Part shown: positions 1-12,600 of the stretch, piece after piece | Position numbering within the stretch: position 1 is the first letter of the stretch | Layout of the letters: every line of letters begins with the position of its first letter | NCBI GenBank assembly: GCA_013239625.1 | Contig: MU053504.1 | Location: 746,001 to 810,000, forward strand | Source: Lama guanicoe | Lineage: Eukaryota | DNA length: 64,000 bases | Direction: 5' to 3' | Made by a program: the position numbers and the translations under genes | Notes under the pieces: generated by a model | What the model was told of the DNA's origin: nothing | What the model saw: the letters and a program-made list of their open reading frames with translations, nothing else | Database searches by the model: none

Positions 1-102
1 CCCATAGTAGGCTTCAGGCCTCTACAAATGTGTGACGACAAATTTCTCTTGTGTTAAATCAGTCAATGTGGTAAGTTCTCAGTGGCAGTAAGAAGCTAAT
101 TC
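1..102 (+). mobile_element. MaLR (MLT1-like) LTR 3' end
   Basis: aaatttctcttgtgttaa..tgtggtaagtt..ggcagtaagaagctaattca resembles an MLT1 terminus. Confidence 0.5.
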
Positions 103-899
103 AAGGAGGACAGATGGGACTGAGCAGACGGGCGTGATTTAAGGTGCTTGCTTTCTGTAGGGAAAAGGCAAAGAGAAAGAAGTGATGTTTGGCAATTGAG
201 TAGGGAAGGGAAAAAGAAAAAAGGAGGGGGGAAGGGATTTAGGTTCCTGAAAAGCAGAAAAGGACCAAACACTTAGAGGATTCAGAACATTTCTCCTACT
301 ATTAAAACCAAGCAACCAACCAAAAATTCCATTAACATACTGGGTTCTGCTGTCCTAAGAGAGAAGTCCTCTAAGCTAGATACATTGTGAAGACACTCGA
401 ATACCATAAAAACAAACAGTAAGACTGGCATTTTCACAGCAGACCCACTGGACTCAGGACCGTGGCGGGCCGAGCCCTCAGATGGCCCAGGGAAAGCTGT
501 GCGTCCCGGGCAGCAGTGTCACATAGGCATCTGACACTTCCCTTTAGCCTGTTAACACGGTTGACCTGAAAGCCACTTCCAGCCTCACGACGCTAGCAGG
601 CAGGCTGGGTCAGGAACACTGCAGCACGCAGGAGTAATAGCCCTGAGCCCCAGCAGGAGATGGAAGATTTAAAAGCAAATCCAGGACCCTCCGGACAAGA
701 TCGTGTGGACTCATCTCTCCTGCTCTCCCTGTTCAGTACAAGTTGAACCCTAGAAATGACACAATGGACAGACATGGGCAGAATCTAGGGGGGAAGAGGC
801 AGCACACTGGCTAGAGGCCCGAGCACAGGAGGAAGAACACCGTGGCCAGGCACCCAGGTCCCTCTCCTAAGTCGCCAGGCACAGGAGGAGACCCAGGCC

Positions 900-1860
900 T
901 GATACTAGAAAAAAGACAAAGTCTAAATCAATAATCTAANNNNNNNNNNNNNNNNNNNNNNNNNNNNNNNNNNNNNNNNNNNNNNNNNNNNNNNNNNNNN
1001 NNNNNNNNNNNNNNNNNNNNNNNNNNNNNNNNNNNNNNNNNNNNNNNNNNNNNNNNNNNNNNNNNNNNNNNNNNNNNNNNNNNNNNNNNNNNNNNNNNNN
1101 NNNNNNNNNNNNNNNNNNNNNNNNNNNNNTAGAATAGATAAACAAGATTACACTGTATAGCACAGGGAAATATACACAAAATGTTATGATAAATCACAGA
1201 GAAAAAAATGTGACAATGAGTGTGTATATGTCCATGAATGACTGAAAAATTGTGCTGAACACTGGAATTTGACACAACACTGTAAAATGATTATGAATCA
1301 ATAAAAAATGTAAAAAAAAAATAAAGTAAAGCATTTACAAGCTTCAGTCCCTTAAAAAAAAATAATCTAAATCCCTGCACAAAAATGAGATAGGAAGAGC
1401 AAAATAAAGCCAAGGGAAGCACAGAGAAGGAAATAATAAAGAAAAAAATCAATGAAATTGGAAGCAGAAAAATACGACCATCACTGAAACAAGGATTAAT
1501 TTCTTTTAAAAGACCATTAAAATAGAAAGACTTCTAATACCAATGACAAAGAAAAAAGAGTAATGACACCTTTCCAACACCAGGAATGAAACAGGACATC
1601 ACTGCGGACGCCACAGACACCAGAAGGGTAGTAAGGAAATACTGTGAACAGCGGTAGAGAGAGAAATTGGACAGCTTAGAGACAATGGACCAAATACCTC
1701 AAAAAGGACAGCCTACTGCAGTTCACACAATAAGAAATAAATAATCTGAATAGCCCTAGACAATTCAAATTCATTAAAAAAAAAAAAGATTGTTGAGGCC
1801 CAGATGGTGTCACAGGAGAACTCTACCAAGCATTTACAGATGAGTTAAAAACAACTGTGG
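900..1860 (+). mobile_element. Old LINE-1 ORF2 fragment interrupted by a younger L1 3' end (about 940-1360)
   Basis: A-rich L1 ORF2-like sequence (aatcaatgaaattgga, cccagatggt). The inner element has an L1 3'-end motif (ctgtatagcacagggaaa) and an A-tail, and is flanked by aataatctaa at 930-939 and 1361-1370. Confidence 0.7.
940..1129. other. Assembly gap (190 N)
   Basis: Run of N bases. Confidence 1.
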
Positions 1861-2655
1861 TGCACAAAAAGCAATGATAAAAGAAATTTTGGAAAATTTG
1901 AATTTCTACTCCAGTTTAGATGATATTGGGGAATTATGGTTGGTTTTTCTGTGAGTCACGGCATAGTTTCTGTGCAAAATCAATGTTCTCAATCATCTGA
2001 CTACACACCTGTGGACTCCATAGGCACCTGGATGTGCACACAAGACTCAGTTATGAGTGGACACAACTATGCAAATTCTCTGCATCTATTGTTAGATGGA
2101 AGGTGTTTGTCTTTTCCTTCTTAATCTTTATTCTTCCAGCAGGCAGGGACACGGACTCTTGTTGACCGAGCATTGACCTAGCTAATGAGGACAACGCCAT
2201 AGGGCATGTTGGAAGGAACATGGGCTGTTGCAAGGTCATCTGGAGTAAATCTCCTGGAAATCTGATGGACTACCTCATGATGTGACATGAGAGAGAAATA
2301 AGACACATATTGTGCATAGAAAGGGGGACTCCGTATGTCCTCGGGACAGTGTCCAGCTAAAGGGGAACGTGCCTCTACTTAGCACGTATCTGTTGTACAT
2401 GCTGGTGGTTCCTGTCGTCAGGGACTCAGTTTGCGCTCATCAGTCTAGCCCAATTACCTGGCAAGACATCTTCAACAGCATCCTACCAGTGCTACTGAGT
2501 CCCTTTGGTAAACTCCAAATCCAGAGGGTGGCTAGAACAGGAAAGGGGATCATAACTGAACCGAGATTTGCATTTAGTACATGTGCACTGAACACTGGTG
2601 ATCGTTGCTGGTCCACTGTCACAGGTCAGGGGATAAAGGAAGCCCATGCAGTGAC

Positions 2656-2964
2656 CACTCACGGTCACCTGGGTGCCTGGACCAGACTGAAACTCCGCAT
2701 CCTCAGGGCTCCCTGTCGAGAATTTCATAGGGCTTTCTTTGTCCCCTGATTTGTGACAGTGGACCAGCAATGACCACAGTCGCTCAGTGCATGTTGACTA
2801 ACTGCAAATCCCAGTTCAACTGTGACCTCTTCCAGGAGGAGCAGGCTGGGGCCAGGAAGGCGGATGGATGTGGGCTTGGGCTGGGGGTGATCTACCTCAG
2901 ATCTTCTCACACATGTTGTAGTTGAGACATCGCTTGGGGTGATGTTACTGATGGATGGAAACAT
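2656..2964 (-). pseudogene. Degenerate SIRP IgV exon relic in two pieces (3' half of a V domain)
   Basis: About 2962-2905 reads FPSISNITPSDVSTTTCVR (cf. [20 protein letters not shown]). About 2727-2656 reads KFSTGSPEDAEFQSGPGTQVTVS (cf. KFRKGSP.DVEFKSGPGT.L.V). The pieces are separated by about 175 nt of unrelated sequence. Confidence 0.75.
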
Positions 2965-3334
2965 CTAGGATGGAAGGGAGACTAGGCAGAGGTTAGAAAG
3001 AAGGAAGAGGAAGGCGAGTGGACAGGGAAGGATGTACAGAGTTACTGTTTCTTGAAGAGAGGAAGAGACAGGACATTATGGACACAATCATCTCCCTTCT
3101 TCCTTTCTTTCTTTCAAGTATACTGTTGTCAAAAGATGTAAAAAAAAAAAAAAAGTACCAAACTCTTCCCAGTGGTGACTCTTGGAGTATGGGATTTGAG
3201 TGGGGGAAGTCACCTCAAAATTCTACTTTACATTTATAGACTTCTAGATTATTCTATAACAAGGAAGAATCACTGCTTTAACAATTTAAAAAGATAAAAT
3301 TTTAAAAGCCCTGTCAGGTTAATGGAAGCCTCAC

Positions 3335-3661
3335 CAGGTTGTTCATGTGTGTCCTGGTCCTTCTGGGGAGCAGAGGCCTCCAGGGTGAGGTTGGCACTGA
3401 CCGCTGGCTGCCCGTCGTGCTCCACCCGGCAGGACAGCACCTCCCCCCTGTGGGCGGACAAGTTCACCAGGAGCCAGCTCGTCCGGTTAAAGGTCCCGTC
3501 CTTGTTCTTCCTGAGGGTCGACGCCATTTCTATCCGGGACACGTTTCCGTTCTCCACCCAGCTCAGCTGGAGGTCTCGGGGGTAGAACTGCTTCGCCTGG
3601 CAGGTGACGTTCACCTGGGTCCCTGCCGTGGGCTGTTGGGTGACCTCCACGGTGGGCGGAA
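3335..3661 (-). CDS. Gene 1 exon 4, second IgC1 domain ([44 protein letters not shown])
   Basis: Overlaps ORF 3270..3650. Acceptor tttcag, donor CCTG|gtgagg, 327 nt. Confidence 0.95.
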
Positions 3662-6600
3662 CTGAAACAGCACAGGGCAGGAGCTCTGACCTTGTGGAAC
3701 AGAGAGGTCACAGGGCAGGGGCTGGAGAGCAGCTCCCAGCCCAGCAAGGGGGGGGTGCCTGAGGACAGAGCCAGGCATGCAGCAGGTGCTCAAACACTGA
3801 GTGTGCAATTTGCATACCAATGAGATCCTAAGCACCTTGCAGGGCACACAGTAGGTGCTCAAGGACTGGTTGGTCCTGTTAGGGTTATAATGTGGGGAAT
3901 CAGTAAGCAACTGCCATGCAGTTGGAATATAATAACTGCAGCCAAGTAAGTGAAATCCCTAGGCACTTAGGGGCTTGGCTTAGAGTAGGTGCTCAGTAGT
4001 TGGAGATGCTGTTGTAAGTAAAGGAAACTGCTGAGCACAGTGCTTGGCACGTGGCAGGTGTCACCTGGCAGCTGCCATTAAATCAGTAGTGAGTGACCAG
4101 CACATGGAGGTGCGTGGTGGTCGGGAAGGACTGTCAGGAAATCTACTCCAGGCAATTCAAGGCCTGGAGCCAAAAGCAGGGGGAGGAGCAGGTGGGGCTT
4201 GGGGGCAGGTGTGGGCTCGGGCTGGTGTGAGGGGCATCTACCTCGGATGACCTGAGACAAGTAGGCAGTCCCACGGAGAGGAGGGCCCCCCTGCAGGGTG
4301 ACGTGGGCCACCTCGCAGGTGACCTGGGAGCGAGCATCCCCCGGGGCCAGCACCACATTGGCTGTGCTGGATATGCTGTAGGAAACGCTGTCTCCCTCCG
4401 GGTCCACGCTGGTCTGGGAGGCTGCGATCTCCTTCCCGTTTTTGAACCATTTCAGGGAGATGGTTCTGGGGGAGAAGCTGTGGGATCTGCAGGTGAAGCT
4501 CACTGTCTGCTCAGGTGGGGCCCTCGAGGCGGGGCCTGATATCACGGGAGGAGAGGGTTTGGCTACAAAAGACCATTTTATAAACAATGAATATGGTTGT
4601 CCTTATCATCACTAACGAAAAGCTTGCGACACAGTTAACAACGCTTACATATTTGTTTTAGATTTCTTTCAATTTTACTTCAATTCAGTTTTGTTGCTGG
4701 ATGAGATAATTAGGCTTATTTAAGTTTTTTTTTTTCTAATGGAGGGACTGAGGATTAAACCCAGGACCTCATGTATGTTAAGCATGCGCTCTACCACTGA
4801 GCTATACCCTCCCACCTAAGATCATTTACCATTATTTTTTAACCCTTCTATTAGGCCTCAGAGGGCAGTGTCTTTATCCTCATCTTAGGAGGAGACACAC
4901 AGGTTCCCAGAGGTGAGCTCTGAGTCTGGGGTGGGACCAACATGGTTTCCAGGCCTGAGTTCAAAGTCCACTTTCTTTCCTCCCTCAGGTGAATTCCCAC
5001 CGATCTGGGTGCAGGAACCAAAAAAACTGATGGCTGTCACTCTCCTATTAACTCTTCCTAGCTGGGCTCCCCTGGGGAACTTAGCTACAGTAAGGAAAGC
5101 ATTTACAGAAGTAAGTGCAGGGAAAGCAGGGGTGGAGCAGGACCACCATGGGTGCTGAATCAGCCTGGGCAGCAGATGAGAGGAGTGGCCGGGGCCCCTC
5201 CCAGCTCCTCATCTGTGAAAGGGGACTGCAGGCCTTATCCTTCCCGGGGTTGCAGTGAGGGTTCAGTCAGGCTTGGAAGCATCCTTGCTTTGAGTAAAAT
5301 GCTTTGACAAAACTAAACACAGATCTCTGTGTAACCCAGACTGTATTTACATCCAGAGCTCTCCCTTCAAATATATGTGATAATTTACTAGATAGATTTC
5401 ATTCTCTCCACAAATATTCCTGTAGGACTAACGTGCCAATCGCTGAATTTCAAAGGAAGAAGGGCGAAGGGATGTTTTTCTGAATCTAGGTTCTTCTCTT
5501 GGGTCACTTTTGAGTTGAAAGCAAAGGTCACTGAGAGCTGAGAAAGCAGAGGTGGTTAATTTCTTAAGTGTTATTAAGTCAGAAGAGACACAGACACAGG
5601 CCCATGAAGCAGGCAGAAGCAGCTCCTGTGTCCTGAAAACAGACAAATCAGCGAATGAAAAGACAAGGTTTCTCCCTGTAGAAGGTCATAGGTATTCTCC
5701 AAATTATTCAGTATTACTCAACACCTCCTGTAAACGTTGGCAGACAGTAGACATTACAAATATTTGCACTTGTAAATATTTAACTTGCTTCCTAAAATTC
5801 ATGAAATATTTGGGGACATCATAAGGAGATGTAAGTTGAATATGTCAAGTTATAGAAATACCAGCATCCTGGATGCACCAAAGGGAAGAGAAGCTGTGAT
5901 TGGTTACCACTGACGGAGAGTTTTTTCAGAGCCTAACGATGGGCTGATCCAGGATCCTAAGTTCTTCATTTCTCCTCACAAACTATGAAATGAAGGACCG
6001 AATGGGGTCACATTTATGGGATGAGGCTCTGAGTAGACGCAGCTGGCCAAGGGCACCCAGCTAGGAAAGGTCGGAGCTCATCCCACCGCACCAAGGCTGA
6101 TTGATAGTGTCTCTGATTACCTCTGAGCCTCAGTCTCTGTTTCCCTGCAATGTGTGTGAAAGCCCCACCCTGGTCAGAGGAGGAGGGAGGAACTTAAAAC
6201 ACAGAGCCTGGTGCACAGTGGGTGCTTAAGCACCAAGACCTGTGACTGTTGTCACAAGGTCTGGTCGTTCCTAGTTCTGAAATTGCCTGTTTATTCTTCA
6301 GGCAGTGAGAAGGCAGAACACAAGCACAACAGGAAAAAACAAACAAACAAAAAGTCTCAAATCCTGCTCCGTGCATCTGGCATCAAAAACCCTAATGAAA
6401 AAGCAGCAATAGAACCACCACAGTATGATTCTCTTCCTCTTTTTCATAATCCCTTCAGGAAACAAATTGGGGGAATTGGCTTTCAAAATATATGATGTCG
6501 CAGGCATTCCCCCGCAGACCAGCTCTTTACAGAAAGCTGGAAGCATTTTGAAAGGAGGGAGGAGATTCCATCAGTGTCATGTTGGTGTGTTGAGGCTGGC

Positions 6601-9600
6601 AGGCTCTGTGCTGAGCAGGGAGTGTTTGAGGGGATCCCAGCCCCTCTTTAAAGATGGGAAGGTTTCCCCAGCGATAAAGCTCAGGGCTGAACGGAGTCCT
6701 CTAAGTCCATAGGAGGCCCCTCTCCACCCCAGGTGAGCTCTGTGGGAGGAGGTGTCCCTCCGCCTCCGTTGAAGCTTCCCTTCTTGGCCTCTGAAGAACT
6801 GTCACCGTCATAGGCTATTCTGCAACGTCCCTGAAAAGCTGTTCTTGGAGCTCCAGCACCAAGGAGGAGTGACCTCTGTCTGGGCAAAAAACCCCAGCTC
6901 CATCTGTGACCTCAGATACCATGGAGCTCAGGGCTTCTCCGCCAGGGCTGTGGGCAGCATCCCCTGCAGGAGTTAATCAGTCAGCTGCCCGGGCCCACGT
7001 GTCTCCAATTAAACCAGGGTTTCTATGGTGGGGACGGGCTGGGGATCCTGTCAGCGTTACCTAGGTGATTCCGATGGGAAAGCACCTGGCTCCACCCCAA
7101 CCCCAGTTATACTCAATCCTAGAGGGAGTGAGCCGCCCGAGGCCTCCGGCTTTGGCATGTCAGAGCTAACAGAGGCGGAACACGTACACTGTTCCAGGCT
7201 CTGCTCTAAGCTCTGTATTTGGATCCCTCATTCAGTCCCTGCAGCGGCTCTGGGAGGGCGGTGCTGACAGGGACGGACCAGGACCCCGAGCCCCAGTGTG
7301 GAGAGGGACGAGTCCGAGGTCCCAGAGCCGGGATCTGGCAGAGCTGGGATGGGAGCCCAGGCAGCAGGGCTCAGCCCAGGCTCTAAACCACTGTGTCCTG
7401 AGGCTCAGTGACACCCTAGCCCACCCCATCTAGGGCTTTCTAGAACCTCCCCAGTCATCACAGACCCTGAAAGGCAGCCGAGATCACAGGTGGGGAAACT
7501 GAGGACTAGCGGGAACTGAGACTTGTGCAGACCACAGCCTGGGGGGACAACGCCATGGCTCACTGAGGGGCTGCTCTGTCACCAGGCTCATCGCACCCTC
7601 AGGACATCCTGCAAAGGTTGGTGTGATTGTCGTCCTTCTACAGGCAAGTAAGCCCTGCAAAGGGAAGTGAGACACAGACTTGAAACAACACCTCCATTTG
7701 GGGGGGGCTACTCTGTGCTGGTGGTTTAGACATACAGTCTGAAATCCTTCTAACCCTGCTAGAAAGAGTCCATGATTATCACCCTTTTAGAAATGATAAA
7801 ACTGAGGCTGAGAGAAATAAAAGTCTCTTCAGCCCCACAACCATATCCCAGAAGGAATTCCCTTGGCCCCTGAGGTTTCATGTCCAACAACAGAGCAGGC
7901 GCCCACCTTCAGGGGCCCCCACACTGACCACCACCCTCCCCTTTTCCCTCTGAGATACTTGACTTCAAGTGAGACCAGGGAGGAGTGCCCTCCGAGGGCC
8001 CAGGCCTGGGGACACTGTAGCAACAAGGGGGAGACACGGGCTCCTGACACCTGAGTCTAGAATATGAACTCTGTCCACGCGGGTCCCCCAGCATCCCCTA
8101 GGAACTACCTCCCCCTCCCCATCCTCAGTCTGCTGGGCCAGGAGTGGGCATGCCCGGTGCTGCTGGGATGCAGCAGCCCTTCTGCTCTGTCCTCGCTGCC
8201 CTTCCTGGAGCTGCTCCCGCAGGCCACTCAGTGAAGGGGCGACATCACAGCAACAGGGAGAAAAGGACTCCTGGGGCTTCTAAGTGCGCTGAGCCCTGCC
8301 TCATAGGAGCAGGTTCAGGACGTCAGGAGACACTGCATCTGTCTGTTCCCAGTTATAAAGCTAGCCTGACAGCCACACAGGATTTTTGTTTTAATACTTA
8401 TTGCTGAGGAACAGAACAGCACACGAATTTACAAGGAGAGTGTCGGAGCTTTCTCCCCACTTTGACAAGCACAGTGGGATGTGCAGAGAGCTGGGTGTGA
8501 GTCAGGCTGCTTGCACTTCCACCTTGGCCCCCTTACCTGCTCACCCGCCAGGTCCCCTCTCAGAGCCTCAGGGGCACAGATGGCCCCTCCCTCAGAGCAC
8601 TGCCTATAGGCAGTAACTGCCAGGAGGAAGATTCAGCATCTGACAGGCTGCTACCCCCTCACCCCCTCCTGCCTCCCTCCTTTCTCATCCAGGGAATCAT
8701 CTGGGCAGGTGCTTGGGGAAGAGGATGACGGTCTCCTGGGAGGCAGCAGGTCTGAGTGGGGTTGGAGCCAGTTCCCACCTGTGATTGGCTGTGCAGGGGA
8801 GGCACCACCTGGGAACGTTAGTGATACCCGCAAAGCCAGGATTAACCTTCCCTCCTGTGTCCAGGGCTTGTGGGGATATTTGCTTGCAGCCTCAGCTGGG
8901 AGGGAAATTTGGCAATATCTTCACAAATCAAAATACACATACTCTCTTGATGCAGCAATGATACTTCCAGTGGGAATTTCCTCTTTGACGAGAGTGAGGC
9001 ATGGACAGCGGTATCGACTGAAGTGCTGTCTTAATAGCCCAAGGTTGGGGACAACTTGGTACCCTTGAGCAGAAGACTGCAGAGGGAAAGACACTCTGTC
9101 GTACCGTGTGCTGTTTTGCAGCTGCTGAGACCCTGGGCAGCTCTAGGTGCTGATATGGGATGAGTAACTTGGGATCATGTGGCTGAAAGTAGGCAGAGGT
9201 TGCCTGTCACCTGGGGACTCAGGGTCTGAATGCAAGGAGCGTTTGATTCCTAGGATAACTGAGAACCTGTTCAATGGTTTGACCCAAGGAGCTTTGTATT
9301 CAGCACCTACTATGTGCCAGGCTCTTCCAAGGAGCCAGTGTCCAATGGTGGTGCAGGAGGAGTCTGGACTGAATCAGCTGGGTTCTGGAAGGATCCCATC
9401 ACTCACTGGCCTTGTGAGTGTGGTCTAGGTCCCTGTCACCTCTTGGCCTCAGGGTCCCCATGTGTAGGTGGGGGGCAGGGCAGTTGGTGTCTAAAAATCC
9501 TTCCTGCCGTGACAGTCCAGGATTCAGGAGTTAGAATAAGGATCCTGGGCCTAAAGCAGAAAACCCTAAAGGAGCACCTTTGCTACCTCGATGGGACAGC

Positions 9601-12600
9601 AACTAAGACAGTAACCTGTGGAACCTCTTCCCTGGGTGCGGGACATTCTGAGATGCAACAGCTCTGCTTGGAGCCTTCAGTGACTGTGCGTTGATCCCTG
9701 AATCATACGAGGGTTTCGTGACAGACCCTCCCAGGAAACACCCAACCTCTGAGCATCTCCTCCATACCCGGCTGTGAAAGTTAACACTGAATCTCTACCT
9801 CTAGGAGTTTCTTCTCAGTGTGATGTTTCTGAAGAAATAAAGTAACACATTCTACTCCCCCCAACCGTTCACAGTTCCCCAGCAGGGATGGACTCTCTGC
9901 ATTGGAAGGGAAGAGGACACAAGCTTCATGGGAGAAGAGCCCTTGTCTGCTTTGTTCACTGCTGCTTCCACGGCATCTGGAGCAGGGCCAGGCACACAGC
10001 AGGTGCTCAATAAGTGCTGAATAAAGAGAAGACTTGGCCACTGTGAGGGGAGCACTCTCTGGAGGCAGGAGGTGAGGTCTGGCCTGTGACCGGGCAAATC
10101 CCTCGGACTTTAGCTCCCTCAAGCCTGGAACCAAAGGGCTGAGCTTGCAGACTTTTCATACCAGTTACCAGCCGTGGGGCCATGAGTAGATAGCACGACC
10201 TCTCCAGGCCTCAACTTCCCTGATCTGTAGACAAGTGAGAAAGCTGATCGTGACCCTATCATTATAAAGCACCCACTGCTGCACCTGATTCTTATTTTTG
10301 CTCAAGGAGAGGAGGGCATTTTGTTGACTTGTTGTCACAGAGCAGGGGACGAGGGGCCCACTTGTACTCACCACTCACAGTGAGCCAAGTGCCTGGTCCA
10401 GACTTATACTCCACATCACCAGGTAATCCTCTCTGGAACTTCACACAGTAGTAGGCACCAGCGTCTGCCGGGGTGATGTGACTGATGCGGATGGAAAAGT
10501 CCATGTTGTCTCTCCTTGTGGTGTCTGAAGCATTTGTTACTCGGGGGAAGTGGCCTCCTTTGTAATTGTAGATTAACTCCCGGCCTGTCCCTGTGCCCCT
10601 GAACCACTTGATGGGCCCCACGGGGATCAGGGAGGTCGTGGTGCAGCGCAGAGTGGCCGTCTCTCCAGCTGCGACCGACACTGACGTCTCAGGCTGATTC
10701 ACCTGCAGCTCCTGAGCCGCCACTCCTGGAGGGAAACAGAGAACAGTTATTCATTCCTCCTCATGTGATCAGGTAGATTTTCTCTTGTATTTACCAACAG
10801 CAACTTTCACTGACCTAAAGCACCGTGAGCCCACCCTGAACTCAGCTCAGTGCAGCTACCATCACATGTGACTCTCAGGAAGAGCCTGTAATGTGAGACT
10901 CCAACACAAAGCAGAAAACTGAGGCACAGAGAGGGTGAATGGCACAGCAGAGAGCAGGTCTGAGTGCCTGAGTCCTGTCTGCAAATGTCTTGCTTTACCA
11001 CGTGTTTCTGTCTGTCTGCTTCCTGGCCTCATGGTGGGTTTTACTTCTGGACCTTTGCATTGGGAGGGGTATGAGACTTCTTTTGGCCACGGAGAGGTGA
11101 GCAGCAGTGATGGATGTATTTTGTGGTTATGCATTTAACTGCAAGAACCTTTAGGGATCAACTTCCCTGTTCCACAGACATGCGCACACTCATGATGGGG
11201 TCGGCTCCATCAGCCTGGGTACTTCAGTGACAGTGATGTTGAGAGCTCCCGACCCACAATGGACATATAGTTTAATAAGGGAAATAAAACATTTCAAGTC
11301 CCCATAGGATTTTTTCCCAATGTTTAATCAGGTTATATGAGTTAGCTAAGGTTGTTGTAATAAATTATCAAAAGTGGAAATCAGAGAAGACCCTAATGCA
11401 AAAAGATGCATGCACCCCAGTGTTCACAGCAGCACTATTTACAATAGGCAAGAGAGGGGAGCAACCTAAATGTCCATCGACAGATGACTGGATAAAGAAG
11501 TGTGGCATATATCTATACACACACAGACACAAACACAATGGAGTACTACTGAGGCATAAAAAAGAATGAAATGTTGCTATTTTCAGTAAAGTAGATGGAC
11601 CTAGAGAATATTCTACTTAGTGACAAGTCAGACAGAGAAGGACAAACACTGTATGGTATCACTTATGTGTGGAATCTAAAAATATAATACAAATCAATCT
11701 ATATAAAAAGCAGAAACAGATTACAGACATAGGAAAGATCATAAGGACAACTATTTTGTCTCTTTATTCACCAGTGCTCCCCAAGTTTCTGTAACAGTTC
11801 CTAGTACCCAGCAGGAAAGCAATAAGTATTTGCATGCTGTGTGAATTGCCTAGTGCGACATCTCCCTGAGACCCTGAAGTCCACTTTCAGGGCATAATCT
11901 CTGTGGAAGTTGTATCAGAAACTGCTTTTCCCATGCAGATGACTTGGCAAAAAACAGAAGTACTCTGTGCATATGCAAGAAGCAGAAGAGCAGAGAAGAA
12001 GACCAGAAACCCTCTGCCCCACACCACTGCCTTCCCTGTACTCATTGGCAGAAGCTGCAGAAAACTCGTGAGGTGAAAGCGAGGACCCAGTAGGGTGAAG
12101 ACCAGTGGTGAGACCTTGAACCCCAGAGCCAGACAGCCCGAGTTCCAGTCACAGCTCTTCCCTTCACTGCTGAGGGACGGTGAACCAGTGTGTGCTTCCT
12201 TTTTCTCATCTGTAAAGCCCTGGTACGACAGTGTCTACCTTGGATACATGCTCGCATGAGTTAATACTCGTGGGAATTTCCAGTACCTGGAACAAGGTTA
12301 GTGTTCAAGAAATTGAGAAGTTCTTACTCATGAGATTTCCTGGGGTTTTAATGGAGGCTTTCATGACCTTGGATATACGTACGGGTGTGGCTAGAACCTC
12401 AGACATAGGTCACATAGGCAGGAGTCTGTATCTTTCATCCTGTCCTGTCCAGCGTGGGAAAGGGACTCCGAGATTGCCCCACATGAAAGTCTACTCATTT
12501 TACTAAGACATACATTTGCTTGCCTTAAGAAACTGGGAGAGGGTCGGGGTAAATTAGGGGAGGGTGTTGAGAAACCGGGAAAGACTAAGCATCTGATGAT

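Noticed and set aside
593..775. Short hydrophobic ORF end (GLLLLRAAVFL) as the missing gene 1 TM exon
   Set aside because: Too short for a TM helix and has no SIRP TM similarity.
928..1275. ORFs with poly-X
   Set aside because: Artefacts of the N gap and L1 sequence.
3322..3665. Plus-strand ORFs over Ig exons (also 4303-4539, 16734-17225, 24529-24732)
   Set aside because: Antisense shadows of real minus-strand exons.
10292..10371. V-exon ORF continuing into the intron (GEYKWAP..EQK*) as a V-only secreted isoform
   Set aside because: There is a strong donor G|gtgagta at 10371 and I saw no clear minus-strand AATAAA nearby; no support.
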